From positions 63,225,253 to 63,289,252 of the forward strand of contig NC_058131.1 of assembly GCF_016433145.1 (NCBI RefSeq): a DNA stretch of 64,000 nt. Direction: 5' to 3'. Positions 20,300 through 33,250 of the stretch are shown in pieces (within the stretch, counting starts at the first letter, position 1; each line of letters opens with the position of its first letter). Made by a program: the position numbers and the translations under genes. The notes under the pieces were generated by a model. It ran no database searches, was not told the origin of the DNA, and was given only the letters and a program-made list of their open reading frames with translations. Source of the stretch: Gracilinanus agilis. Lineage: Eukaryota.

Positions 20300-21000
20300 C
20301 CGATGGAGCCAACTCAGTTAATAATTGGGTGAGCGGAATTCCCGGAGGGGCGCGCGCAGGGGGAGCCTGAGGTCACAGTGACAGTGGCATGCCGAGAGGG
20401 TGATCCACACCCTGGGCCACATTCCCGGAGGGGCGGGGTGTCACACTCACGGGGCTCCAGCAGATGAGATGGTTGGTCTCGGGGTCCCCCACCAGTGTCC
20501 ACAGCTTGGTGAGGAAGGCAGGTACAGGGCTGGAGTAGCCGTCCATGGCCGCGGCGGGGCCCCCGGCGGCCTCCTCCACGCTTGGGGGGCCAGTCCTCTG
20601 CATCAGCACCCAGCGCTCTTCCCAGCTCAGCACTTCGGGGCGGCGTGGCTCAGGCCGGCCCCGCCCAAGGGACAATGGCCTGGGGACAGCAAAGTGCTGC
20701 GCACCGCCGGCGCGGCCTCCCAGAGCCCCCGTCCCCGCCCCTGCCCCGGAGACCGGATCAGGCGGGGGGCCACGTGCTCCCTGGCCCGGCCTGGACTGCC
20801 GAGAGGGTGGCGGGGCGCGCTTGGCGCTCGGCGCTCGGCGCAGCCTGGGGACAGACAGACGGCCAGGACACGGGGTCAGAGGCTCCCGGCTGGCTGGTGG
20901 GCAGAGAGAAGGGGTGGGGGTGGGGAGGAGGAGAGCAGGGAGTGTGCCAGCTTCAGTGAGTGTGCAAGGGAGGGAAATAAATGACGAGAATCTGTGCACA
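20300..21000. promoter_or_regulatory. HSF4: CpG island over the HSF4 start-codon exon
   Basis: Very high GC and CpG density. Confidence 0.7.
20451..20603 (-). CDS. HSF4: HSF4 coding exon 1 (ATG at 20603 or strong-Kozak ATG at 20546)
   Basis: [27 protein letters not shown]|gtgagt. The 13 exons sum to 1575 nt (524 aa) in frame. The exon probably starts at the acceptor at 20893. Confidence 0.95.
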
Positions 21001-22047
21001 CCGAACTGAGAATTCGACCCTGCCTGCTACTCGGGTTTCTGCCATTAGTCGCCCCTGTGACCTTGGGCAAGCTCTCGATGCCTCAGTTTCCTTCTCAGTA
21101 AAATTGGGATAATCATCTCTGCCTTTACCCCCTTACGGTGTAAGGAGTCAATGAGTCACAGAGTGTTACCGGGAAAGGAATCTGAGTGTTCAGGGCTTCT
21201 TAGCCTCATTTGGGTCCTTGATCCCTCTGACCATCAGAACGGGGGTTAACAACGCACAAAAGTAAACACAAGGAATTACAAAGGAAATGATTTATCTTGA
21301 CATCGTTGGAGGAATATTTTTTAAAATATGCAAGTTCAAGGACCAAAGAACTCTGCATCTAGTCCAAGTCCTTAATTTTACCGAGGAGGAAAATGAGGCT
21401 TAGGTGGAGAAATCGCTAAAAGTGTCAGAGCCCCAGAGCCTCTTTTTCTATGGACAGCAGCTGTATATCTGCAGTTTTAAAGGGTGATAATAGGCCATGG
21501 GCTGCAGCTCCGACCCTACATTTTACAGGAGAAACTGTAGGCCACATTAGCTGCAATGAGACAGGACAGGGCAACTCTGGGTATGTGGAGAGAGTAGAAA
21601 GAAGGAAAGGCACAGTGGGAAAGGGATATCCTGGGACAGATGTTGTCCCTGAGCAGTTACTCCTTTCTTCCCTTCAAAATCAAGGCTACAAAAATTGGGG
21701 GAGGGGTGGGGAGCTCCTGCCTCAAAACCCAGGCTTCTCGGGGTTATTCTGGACTTTGCTGTTTGACAGGAGACTTCCCTCCCTTCCCCCACCACGGTAT
21801 GGGGGTTCTTAGGATGGTTGATCCATGGCTGCTGGGTCCACACTCTTGGGGCAACCTACTCTTTTCAATGGCAATTGTTTTCTACCCAGGGATGCTATTC
21901 CCCAGCTCTCTTTCCATGTACTCTAGAAAAGGAGTAGCTGAACAGAGAAAAAGGGAGGAACAAGACATCTGATGGAGTCACTGAGTAGTAGAGGCAAACC
22001 TTACTGTCACCTCTCCCATGGAGCAGGGTTATAGCTAATGGGAGGAA

Positions 22048-22178
22048 NNNNNNNNNNNNNNNNNNNNNNNNNNNNNNNNNNNNNNNNNNNNNNNNNNNNN
22101 NNNNNNNNNNNNNNNNNNNNNNNNNNNNNNNNNNNNNNNNNNNNNNNNNNNNNNNNNNNNNNNNNNNNNNNNNNNNNN
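22048..22178. other. Assembly gap
   Basis: Run of N. Confidence 1.
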
Positions 22179-23836
22179 CCTGGCGAAAGTGCCAACAGAG
22201 CAGGTTCTTCCTGGGGGATCCAGTCTCCTCCCTTCCCTTACCCCTTTCACAACAGACCTTATCCAAATGCCTTCCCATTTTTTCCTTTCTAGGACAAAAA
22301 AGTGAGGTTCTGCTCCCCTCCCGTTCAGGGAGGACTCTCCCCAATTGTGCCCACTGTCTACATTTTTTTAAAATAAAGCACCCCCTTCCCAAGTCCTCCA
22401 CAAAATCAGAGGCTTTCCTCCAGCTCATTTTCCCACAATAATTTATGAATTAAAGCAGTCCCGGGAAGCAGGCAGTGCAAGTATTTTACTGAGTGGTGGA
22501 GTCTGAGTCTTGGAGAGATGGAGTAACTTACCCAAGGCTGTTACCCAGCTAATTAGCTTTAGGGCTGGACCCCGGTCTTCTCAAGCTCCAGTCCAGTGTC
22601 TTTCTACTCCCCTGGGCCGCCCCAGGCACCCCAGCTTCCAGCAGCTGGCACCAGCAGAAATCAAAACAGAATGGAAGAGCCCATGAGGCCTTCCCTTTGA
22701 CCAAGTTATCGGAGAAAGTCCCCCTGACCAATATTTCCAGAGCTCCCTGACCTGGATCACTCTCAATCAGAGTGGATTCACGACTCTAGGGAAGGTCTGG
22801 AAATTCCTGTGTATGTGACTGTCTCTCAGTGTTACAGATCTTCATATATGATCTTATTAAAATACCTTTGGGCCATGGAAAGGAGTATTTTCTCACCTTA
22901 AAAAAATATGTGTGAAATATTTTTGAAATAACTCATTGCACAGGCATCCCACCCTCTTCCTCCCCCAGACCCCGAATGCCTTCCTCTGCTCTCTCTCCCC
23001 AGGTTCCAGGTCTGCCCTCTCACCCTTCTGAAATTCGAACACTTGGGAGGCCCAGGATATAGAGCCACTGGGTAATGTTCCAGCCTCTTTAATTTATGGA
23101 GGAAGAAACTGTAGGCCTGGGAGGAAGGTGACTTGTCCAAGGTGGTTAGTGGATAGCAGACCTAGTTCTCCTGGTTCCTAAAGTTGGTCTTTTCCTTAAG
23201 GATGCCGGCATCTGTGGGTGTGAGTATGTTCAGATTGTGGCCTGGGAAGTGCAAGTACTTTTACTATGCCTCATCTTCTGTGAGGACCCACTAAGAAAGG
23301 GAGGATTCCTGAAGGAGGGAAGAGAGTATTCTGTTGAGAGACCTAACCACTAGGAGATCCCAGGAGATCCAGAGATGCCCGAGATGGTGCCCACCTGAGT
23401 GGCCCCAATTTGTGTGGCAGTGGGCAGCTGGCATCTTCTCTCTGGCCCTCATTCTGAAAAGAAGGGAGTTGGACTAGGTGATTTCTGAATCTCCCGGGGT
23501 TCTGTCCCCACATGCACTCCTAGGAAGGAAACAGGCACCCAAATGTCCTTCCTCTTCTCTCACTAAGGGTCCTTCGTTGGGATGAACGTGACTCCGGTCA
23601 GCTGCATTGTCTAGAGCTGGAAGGGACCTCAGAGATGAACGGATCCAAATCCCTTCTCTTAAGATAAGGAAAAAGTGGCCTAGAGCAAGGACGGGACTTG
23701 CCTTCGGCCATACAGCAAAGGAGAAGCAGAGCAGGCTTTGAAGCTCGAGTGTTGGCTGTTTAGATTAGCTGTGAGGTTAGGAAATCCGCGGTGCCAGTCC
23801 GGATCCTCTGAGCGCCCCACCTGGGGCTGAAGCTCA

Positions 23837-24818
23837 TCACTTGACGATCCTAGGCCTCCACGGGTGCGGCTCCCGAGAGATCTTGAGCGTGTAGCTGCGG
23901 AGGTCGGGGCAACCGGTGCGGAAGGCGCTCACTACCGCAGGCGCCACCACACAGTAGCAGTGCACCTCGCGTAGGTGGCCGCAGGCCCCGGCCAGCTCCT
24001 GCAGCGCCGAGTTCAGGGCCGCTGAGGCTGTGGCCCGCAGGACCAGGGCAGTCAGAGTGGCGGCATAGTGGCGGCCTGCAAGGCGCACAGCCTCTGAGAC
24101 CTCCCCGAACGTGTTGAGCCTCAGTGTAGTCACAGGGATGGTGGGCTGCAGGACAAGGGGCACCCGCTCGTCGGGCACCGTGTGGTCCAGCTCCAGATCC
24201 ACCGAGAGCCCGGGGTGACGCCTGCAGATCGCCGCCCAGGCATCGTCGGGTATACCCTCAGCATACTTGTCGAGTCGGGCGCAGAATACAGCCAAGTGCT
24301 GGAAGGGCGGGCGGCCCGGCTCAGCCAGGGAGGCCAAGACCGGGGCTGACAGGCTGGCGTAATAGAGTCCGAGCGCGCACAGGCGAGGGCACGCAGCCAG
24401 GACGGTGCGCACCGTCTCGGGGCGTACATTGCACACCAGCGTCCTGTTGTTGAGGAAGAGGCCTCGGAGCTCGGGGCAGGCGCGCGCCACCTGCAGCACC
24501 AGCCCGTCGTCCAGGGTGAAAGGCATGCTGCGGAGATCCAGCTGGCGGAGCGCACACAGGCCAGGCGCTCCCGCTGCGCACACCTGGAGCACCCCGCTCA
24601 GGATGTCTCGGCCCGAATAGAAGAGCGGGTTCTCACCATGGCAGGCGATGCGCAGCCCCTGCAAGCCGGGGCCCTGCTGGGCCAAGGCACTTAACAGTTC
24701 CGTGGCTGCTCGCCGGCTTCCTTCCTTGGACGGGTCAAACTCCAGCCCCAGGTGGCGGATCTGACCCAGGTAGGGGGACAGGCAATTCAGGGCAGCCGCG
24801 TCTGCCTCCATTTCGCAG
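23837..24818 (-). CDS. FBXL8: FBXL8 last coding exon (LRR region)
   Basis: ORF 23837-24811 matches human FBXL8 (...LRHLDLR...TLDD.LVLQ.AR.CPEL...YTLK..REPHPWRP); acceptor tcctgaaag. Confidence 0.96.
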
Positions 24819-26394
24819 CTTTCAGGACAAAACAGAGGAGGAAATGATCAACAGCGCTGTCCGAGGCACGGGTAGGGTTCACAGCAGTCCCTTTGTGTTC
24901 CACAGTGCTCCTAGCTCCGCATCTCCATCCTTCCCATTTCAGCCGGTTCTGGGTCTCAGCGAGAGGCCTGCCTAAGGCAATTGCTGAGCCGTTAAGGAAA
25001 TGAACTCCCCCACTGGGATATCTGCATCTCTAATTTGCGAGAGAAAGACCCAGGCTTCCTCCCCTGAACCAACTAAATGGCAGGGCCCTATCCCGATTAA
25101 ATGGTCACTGCCAGGGCCCTTCCAAGCCTGACATTTCATGTTTTAAATCTCATATTTAATGAGATTCAGACCTAGAGAGATTTGCCCCTGGGATGGAGTT
25201 TGGGGCTGAGATGAATCCTCTCTTATTTTCCTTGTAAAAAGAAATTCTTCTTGCTCCTTCAAAGATGCCTTACATTATCATCAGGGATTCTCCCAAGTAC
25301 ACTCACTCAGCCCTTCCCTGCCTTAGTAGATAGGCCTTCAGGACTAGCTATGGCCCAAAATTTAAAAATAAAAAAGCATCACCTAATGGCCAAACCTCTC
25401 CTCAACTCACCTCACATATGCAATTTGTTCTTTTTTCCTTCATCATCTCTCTCATCCAGTTAGTTGTCTCTTTCTCTCCACTCCCAGAGCTACAACCGCT
25501 TCTGGCTCTTCTTGCCTCTTACCTCAGCTATGGCAATAGCCTTCTAATGGGTTTTCCTGTCCCAGGTCTCTGGATCCATTCTACCCTCCATTCAGCTGCC
25601 AAGGTGATTTTCTGATGACTATGTCCACCCCTCTATGCCCCATTAGTTTCAGCATCTCCCTGTTTCCCCTAGGATCAAATATAAACTTCTCTGTTTGGCA
25701 TTTAGAACTCTTCAGAAGCTGGTACCTTTTTAAAAAACCAATATTTCATTGTTTTTGCCCAATTACATGTAAAAAGTTGGCAACTTCTTATCTCTTTGGG
25801 CTTCTCCATGGACTCTATGACCTGGCTACACTGGCATGTTTATACTGTCCCTCACACGTGACACTTTAATCTCTCATCTCCTCGCCTGTACACCGGTTGA
25901 ATACTTCTTATCTCTGCCTTGTAGCTGCCCTGACTTCCTTCTGCACTCAGATCAAAACCCAAAACCTAGAGGCCTTTCTAAGTCCCCCAAGCAGTTTATA
26001 GCCTCCTCTCTCAGAATGCTTCCCTAAATGGGAATATGTGGATATATGCTGTTTGGGCCCAGGTATTTACATTTTGTCTCTGCCTCTAGAATGAATGCTC
26101 TTGGAGGGCAGGGACTGGTTTGCCTTTCTTTGGACCCCTAGTAGATGCTTAATAAATGCTCGTTGAATTACAAAGAAAAATGACTCTGAGAACTCTGATT
26201 CCACTGGATAGATGAGGTACCATTCTTTCAGCAGAGAGATGACTGGCTCAGGATGCAGAATAAGGCATCTGTTTCAGACTCCAGCCAATGAGGAAATGAT
26301 TTTGCCTGACTATGAATATCTGTTTATAAAGCTTCCTTTTTTCCTTTTTCCATTAAGGGTAGGGTGGGAGGTTAAGGGGAGACAAGGATAAGAG

Positions 26395-26460
26395 AAAGAA
26401 AGAAAAGAAAGAAAGAAAGAAAGAAGGGAAAGAAGAAAAAGAGGAAAAGAAGGGAGGGAG
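26395..26460. repeat. (GAAA)n / purine-rich tract
   Basis: Direct inspection. Confidence 0.8.
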
Positions 26461-26818
26461 GTGGCTTTTTTCTTAATAAAGGGAAGACAACAGAAGGGAG
26501 ACCAGAAAGAAGACCAGACAAGGACAGATTAAAAAACTACGGTTTGAACTTATTATATAATAAAGGCAACCTCCTTTTTCTGATTTACTATGTATATACA
26601 AATGCCCATTCAATTTAGTATTGGTCAAATTAAAAATAAAAATAATTTTAAAAAATTAAATGCTTTTAACTTCTTGCCTGCTTGATTAGCTCTGAGCCCT
26701 TTCCTTTTTAGCTAAATTTCAATAGAATGCAAAGTCCTTGAAGAGTAGAGAGACCTTTTTTCCTTTATCTCCTTCCTTCCTTCCCTCCTCTCTCTCTCTC
26801 CTTCTCTTTCTCCATCCT

Positions 26819-26824
<6 letters not shown>

Positions 26825-26879
<55 letters not shown>

Positions 26880-26895
26880 CCCTCTCTCTCTTTCT
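26825..26895. repeat. (CT)n microsatellite
   Basis: Direct inspection. Confidence 0.95.
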
Positions 26896-27872
26896 CATTC
26901 CTTCCCCACACCTGATTCATAGTAAGCATTTTATAACTGCCTATTGAATTGAAGTCAAGCCTTAGACAACCAAAAAGCTGATGGGAAGACATCTGAAGTC
27001 CTTACAGATTGGTTGGACCTATCACAGTATACTCATTATCTTCTAGCATAGCATTAAAGAATGTAAAGCTTGAGGCTCAAAACATTCTTTCCTCCTTGTA
27101 GCTGAGTCACTACACCTCCCTGAAGACCCTCTCCCTCCTACGTGGAGGCAGGACCTAGGAGGTGGGAGATGGGAGTCTCTCCACCCCTGGGGGGTCTGGC
27201 CAGCCTAAGGCAGGGCTTTAGGGGGGTGCCTATGTTCTTACAGTTTGGCAAATGTTTGCAATATTGTAAAAACTGTTCAGTGGATCTAGGGAAGGGACCC
27301 TCTTCTTCAGTGTTAAGAGTGGAAGCTGGCAGCTATCAAAGTATGAGTCATTGATCAAGAACATGGGTGGAACTGATAAGCCTGGGCCAGCCTCCTTCTC
27401 CTACTTGTAATCATTAATGGGACTTGGTCAGTAACTCAGTTGGTGGCAGTTATTCTAATTCTGCTGATAGTACTGAAAGTTAAAGTGCCTGTATTGGTCC
27501 TTTGCCATCAGCCTGAATTTTGCTCCTTGTCTAAATAGCCCAGGGACCTCAAATAAATTACATAATAATAATAACAGCATTCACATAGCTCTTTATGGTT
27601 TGCAAAGCACTTACAAATATCTCTTTCCACCCTCACACCACCCCCTGTAAGATAGGTATTATTATTATTATATCCTTTTATAGATGAGGAAACTGAGGCT
27701 AAGAAAAGGTTAAATGACTTGCCCAAGGCTGATTTGAACTTTGGCCTTCCTGACTCCAGGTTCAATGCTCTCTCCCCTGGGCCACATAGGTGCTTTTGGG
27801 GGTTTAGAACTCTTGAGGGAAAATGCCTCCTTCTGGGCAGTGGGCAGGAATGGGTCCTTAAGGCCTCCTCAC

Positions 27873-28024
27873 CTGATATCTGTGCTGTACCACACAGAGC
27901 TTGAGTTGACAGCAGTGGCCCAGGCCCTGCAGACCTGTGAAACTGCATATCGGTCCCGGAGGGGCAAGTGTCGGAAGATCAATGACAGTAATTCTTCAGG
28001 GAGGTATTTCCACAGTTCAGCCAT
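27873..28024 (-). CDS. FBXL8: FBXL8 first coding exon (F-box)
   Basis: [39 protein letters not shown]...; AG|gtgagg donor; joined in frame with the last exon gives 377 aa. Confidence 0.95.
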
Positions 28025-28941
28025 TGGGAAGGTGGTTGGCTCCAAAAGATCCCCGTCCACACTAATCCTTCTGCAGCATGACTGGAACCCGTCTGAAGAG
28101 AGAGATCTGGGCATGACTCATAGGGAAAGAAACACCCACTCACAAAAACTCTCCCCCCAGCTATTACTCACTGGCTTGTATGGCCAGGGAATACCACATC
28201 AGCTTTGATTCCCTGACCAGACCTAGTTGCAGCACAACATCCTTGGGGGTCAGTGTATCTTCCCATTGTTTTTGTTATTCAGTCATTTCACTCATGTCCA
28301 GCTCTTTGTGGGTTTTATTGGCAAAAAAGTGGTTTGCCATTTGCCAGTTCCTTCTCCAGCTCGTTTTACAGATGAGGAAACTGAGGTAAACAGGGTTAAG
28401 TGACTTGCCCAGAATCACACAGCTTGTGTGGCCAGATTTGAATTTACAAAGATGTCTTCCTGACTCCAGGTTCAGCACTCTCTGCAGTGCCACTTAGCTG
28501 TTTCATTCCCATTGCTAATGTCCTTAAAGAACTCATTGTGGCTTTCTTGAATTTTCAATCTTCTTATAGGGCAATACATTCCATAAGCTTACTTCCCTCT
28601 GTCAATACAGACATTTCCTCATTTGTTTTAAGATTATCTTCATCCAGCAAACATGTAAAATCAGGGAGCTAGATTAGAAACCAGCAGTTCTATGTGTGTG
28701 TATGTATGCATGTATGTATGTGTATATATGTACATCTATATGGATCGAGAGGGATGGCATGCATATATACACATGTTTAAATATATAAACATATTTCAAA
28801 TGATTGCTTTCCTTTATCATCCCAGGTATTTTATTTTATTTATCGATAAATACTCAGGAATCCATATTTTGATTCCTGAGACTGCCAGAGTTGTGCGGTT
28901 ACTCAAAAAAGGGAGAACCTCTGGAGCTTTTAAAATCTCCA

Positions 28942-29140
28942 GTTCTGGGGCAGCTGGGTAGCTCAGTGGATTGAGAGTCAGGCCTAGAAATGGGAGGTCC
29001 TGGGTTCAAATCCGGCCTCAGACACTTTCCAGCTATGTGACCCTGGGCAAGTCACTTGACCCCCATTGCCCACCCTTACCACTCTTCCACCTAGGAGCCA
29101 ATACACAGAAGTTAAGGGTTTAAAAATAAAATAAAATAAA
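28942..29140 (+). mobile_element. SINE1_Mdo-like SINE
   Basis: Consensus head and (TAAAA)n tail; duplicated aaaatctccag flanks. Confidence 0.85.
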
Positions 29141-30449
29141 ATCTCCAGCTCCAACATTCTATATTCTAACCTTCTGTGTTATCTATGTTTTCCCCCTACA
29201 CTCCTCCCACTTCCAAACTTCTCCATTACTAGTGAGAGTCCCATCTTCCTCACAGCTCCTCAGGCTCAACCAAGGTGTCATTCTGGATTCCTTGCATCTC
29301 CCACCCTCACCATCTCTCATCTCATACCTAATCTGTTGCCGAGGCCTGTGCAACATCCCTCAAATGCGCATGCCTGTCTCTGCTCTAACCTAGCTCTCAC
29401 TCTAATGCAGCCTCTCATGGCCTCATCCCTGGACTGGCGCAATAAGCTGCTGGGGAGTCTGGCTACCCTAAGTCTCTCTCACATTCTAGTTCTTCCTTTC
29501 AGCCATCGAAGTGATTTTCCTAAAGCACAGGTCCTGCCATAACACTCCCCTACTCCAGTGGCTCCCTAGCACTATCAGAATCAAATACAGAATCTTCTGT
29601 TTGGCATTCGAAGCTCTCCATGGCCCTAGGTCCTCCTCCCCACCCTAGCTTTCCAGCCTTTTTACTCCTTTTTTTCTGACCCACCCTCTACCCCTCCACA
29701 CACCCTGTGATCCCCTGATACCAGTCTCCTTGCTGTTTCTCACACCAGAAGCTCCATCTCCCGACTCCAGACGTTTTCACTGGCTGTCCCCCATGCCAAG
29801 AATGCTTCCCTTTCTCATCTCTGCCTCCTGGTGTCCTTCATGTCCCACCTAAAAACTCACCTTCTATTGGACGCCTTTCTCAATCCCCCTTAATGCTATG
29901 TCTCCCCTCCATGAAGTATTTTCCGTTTATCCCGAACGGAACTCGTCTGACTAGACGTTTCCTCGCGCATTGGACTGTGATCTCCTGGAAGAGCTGTCTT
30001 TTTGCCTTTCATTACATTCCCAGGGCTTAGCGCAGCGCCCGGCCCATGAAGTGCTTATCGACTGCCCCTTCCGACATTCTTTTTGAAGGTGTTTTAGAGC
30101 TTTGCCAGCCTAGCCCTGCCGAATTGAGTTCAATCCCCTTCTTTTGTGCACGAGTGAGTGTGCGCGGTCCTTGGAGAATAAACCCTCCTCCCTCTCGGAC
30201 GTCTGTTTTCTCTTCCATTTCTATCCAGCCCGTCGGACAGCAGACTCAATGCTCAACCTCGGAGCCCAGGAGGAAGACCTTCTTTCCTTTCCGTCTGAGT
30301 TCAGTTCCCAAGTCCTGCAAGAGGCCTTTCCCTGTCCCCCTAATCAGGTTTCCTGCTGTCTCCTTATTGGACTGGGAGCTCTTTGAAGGCAGAGACTATT
30401 CTTTCCCGTCTTTGTGCCCCCCAGAACTTAGCACGGGGTCTAAAGCCCA

Positions 30450-33250
30450 GAGGATGCTTAATAAAGACTAACGGGTTTGGCTTGGCTCTGCCCTCATCCC
30501 AACCTGCTCCCGCCCCGTTCCCATTCAGCCGAACCACCTCTCTCACGCCTGGCCCGGAATAAACTGTCTCTCGGCCTCGGATTCCCGGGCCCGCCGGCCC
30601 CCGGCCCCAGCCTGTGGGCGGCTCCGTCACTTACTTACGGGACCGTACCCTGGGGCCGTGGCCTTCGCCTTTCCCTTCAACTGCGAGGACTTTCTCAGGA
30701 CTATGTTTTAACTGGAACTTCGAGGAGGAGGGCGACCACTGCGGCCTCTGCCAGGACGCAGATCATTCCGAGGCCCCGGGGCTGCAGGCTGGGACCGGCC
30801 GGGTTCGGGAGCCCAGAGCCCTAACTCGGGGTGGGGCTCGGGGAACTTTTCCTCCGCCTCCACAGTCTCCCCAGGGCCGCTTCGAGAACTGCCGGATACC
30901 CCGTAGAATCCAAGGTATCCGGGGCCCGCCCTGCTGGTTACACCATGCCCTTGACACGGCCTGCCAACGTCCCTCACTTCAATGCTGTGGCCCTTTGGGA
31001 GGATAATCTTTTCCATCTACCTCTGATGCCTTGCGGCGGTGAAAGAGTTAAATGGGTAGGGTTCGAGAACGCCGAGTAGAGGCCTGAATGGTTCATTCAA
31101 ATCAGCTGGGGACCAGTAGCCAACCACCAAGCTGGGCGGGGCCGAGCCCGGAGGAAGCTGCGGGCTGGAGGCTAGGTGCGCAGGACATCAGGTGGCAGCA
31201 GTCCTCAGGGCCCCGCTAGTGATCCGCTCCGACCCTACGCTCGTCAGCCCTAGGGGATCCCTTCTTTCGGGGCGCAGCTGTTTCCATGTGGAGGGTCTTG
31301 GGCGGACGAGAGCCAGGCCCTCCCTTCGCCTTTCGTCCTCCCGCGCTCCTAGTCCAATCCTACAGCTTCCTGTGAGCCCGCTGTCCTGGGAGACTGGCAG
31401 GCTGCGAGCCGGGTGCGGCCAGGCTAGAGGGTGGAGGAGACGACGGGGCCTGGAGAGTCCCGCTCCTCCTCCCACCCCCAGGCACTGGAAGTTTGAGCTA
31501 GTGGAAACATTGGACTCCGAGCCAGGGGACGTGGTTCGGAATCCTGTCTCTGCCACTGAGTGTCTGTGGGCGAGTCTCATCGCCTCGTTTCCTCAGCTGT
31601 AACTGTAGATAATATCGCCAGGAGTTTGGTCAGTTTTAAAGCGCTAGGGAAATGGAGGCCACCCCGGCTGGCCGCCACGTCTCGAGCTTATTCCATCCGG
31701 CCCGACGGTGCTTGCCCACCTCTTTTCAAAGTCCAAAGAAGCGTGAGGCGTGGGGCGGGGCGGGGTGAGATGTACCAGGGCGGATTCCGCCTGAGCCCCT
31801 GAGCTCAAGGACGCTAAGTTTCAACACTTCGAAACCCTCCAGAGCTAGCCATAGCCAGGTAGCATTATGGATAGTGGTTGTCTCGAGTCCGAAAGGCCGA
31901 AGTTCAAATCTTGCCTCAAACACATCCTAGAAGTGTGACCTTGGGCGAGTCACTTAACTCCTCTCAGCCTCAGTTTTCTCATTTGTAAAATGGGAATGAC
32001 ACGCACCGATTTCAGAGTTGTTGTGATGATCAAATGAGATAGGCACTACATGCGTCTTAACCTCCCTCAGCCCTCCGTGTCACCCCTCTCCGTTGGGAAG
32101 TTCTAGCCAGCTAACCCCGATCTGAATGTTTCTTACCTGCCTCAGAGAGAAGAGCTTGGAACTCGAGCTGAAAGGATTCCTGGACTCCCTAAATTTCCAG
32201 GGCCGACTCCTGGATGGCTGACTCACGGGAGCTGAGGCTGGTCTGTAGGTTTGGATTAGGCTGGTTCGGGGAAAGACCCAGGCCCTTAGGCCCATCCACT
32301 AGGTAGGAGCTCCGGTCACTACGCTCTACGGCTTGGGCTGCTCTCCAGGGGCGGCCCCCGCCCCGGACTTGGGGGGATCCCGGAGCGGGGAGTCAGCTCT
32401 GCCCCTCCTCCTCTTCTCTCTCATTCCTCCTCCCTGCTCCCCCCTCCCTCTGGGCTCTGCGCAAACCCGGAAGAACGGGCGGACAGAGCCGGTGTCTGCG
32501 AGCTCGGGAGCACCCGTTCAGCCTGGTCAGTGTCCGCGGGGAAGGCAGGAGGGCGCGAGGAGGGGAGGGGCGGGGAGGGCAGGGGCGGCGGGGAGGGACA
32601 CCAGGGCCCGGAATTCTGTCGCCAAGTTTGGCCTGGTTAGAGGTACCAGACATGGGCATAGCCCTGATCTGGGGGTGGGGTGGGGGTAGGGTGGGGGTGG
32701 CTGGGATCAACCCCGAGCGTTAGACCCAGGAGATTCGGGCCCTTCTCTCTCTTCTCCCCGGGGTTAGCCTGGGTTGGCTGGGGCCGGGGCCGGGCTCGGG
32801 CCCCACGTGGGACACGGTGTTCCGAGCAGTGAGCGGCTGGCCCCCTCGGGAGTCCGGTTTCTTTGGACAGCGCAAGTTCCCCAGGCACTTTGGAAGTTTG
32901 TAAAGCGCATTCCTCAGGAGCGCGAGGGTTCATTTCCCCTCCTCGCAGATGGGGAAAATGAGGCCCGGGGCAGTGAGTGCCCACACACTTGGGAGTGAGC
33001 GGCCGCGCGCACTTGGTAGAAATCCGAGCCCTGCTCTCTTGCCAAACTCTAGGCCATGCTGAAAATCTGGAGGTCAGCAACGAGAGCTGGGCCCGCCCCG
33101 CCCCCCCTTTCCCTGAGCGTGAACCCATCCCCCACCCTCATCCCCTCCCTCCCTTCCCAGCAGCCTTGCCTGCCCAGGAAAGGTCTCTGGAAGCTAGACG
33201 TCCCAGTTAGGGGCGAAGGGGAGATACCCTGGCCAAAAGCCAAGGAGGGA
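30450..33250. promoter_or_regulatory. CpG island(s): divergent FBXL8/TRADD promoter region
   Basis: CpG-rich with GC boxes; lies between head-to-head genes, as in human. Confidence 0.7.

Noticed and set aside
23352-23390. Short degenerate tandem repeat (ggagatcc/gagatg) possibly resembling a spacer array
   Set aside because: Simple local slippage repeat; eukaryotic DNA with no CRISPR-like structure.
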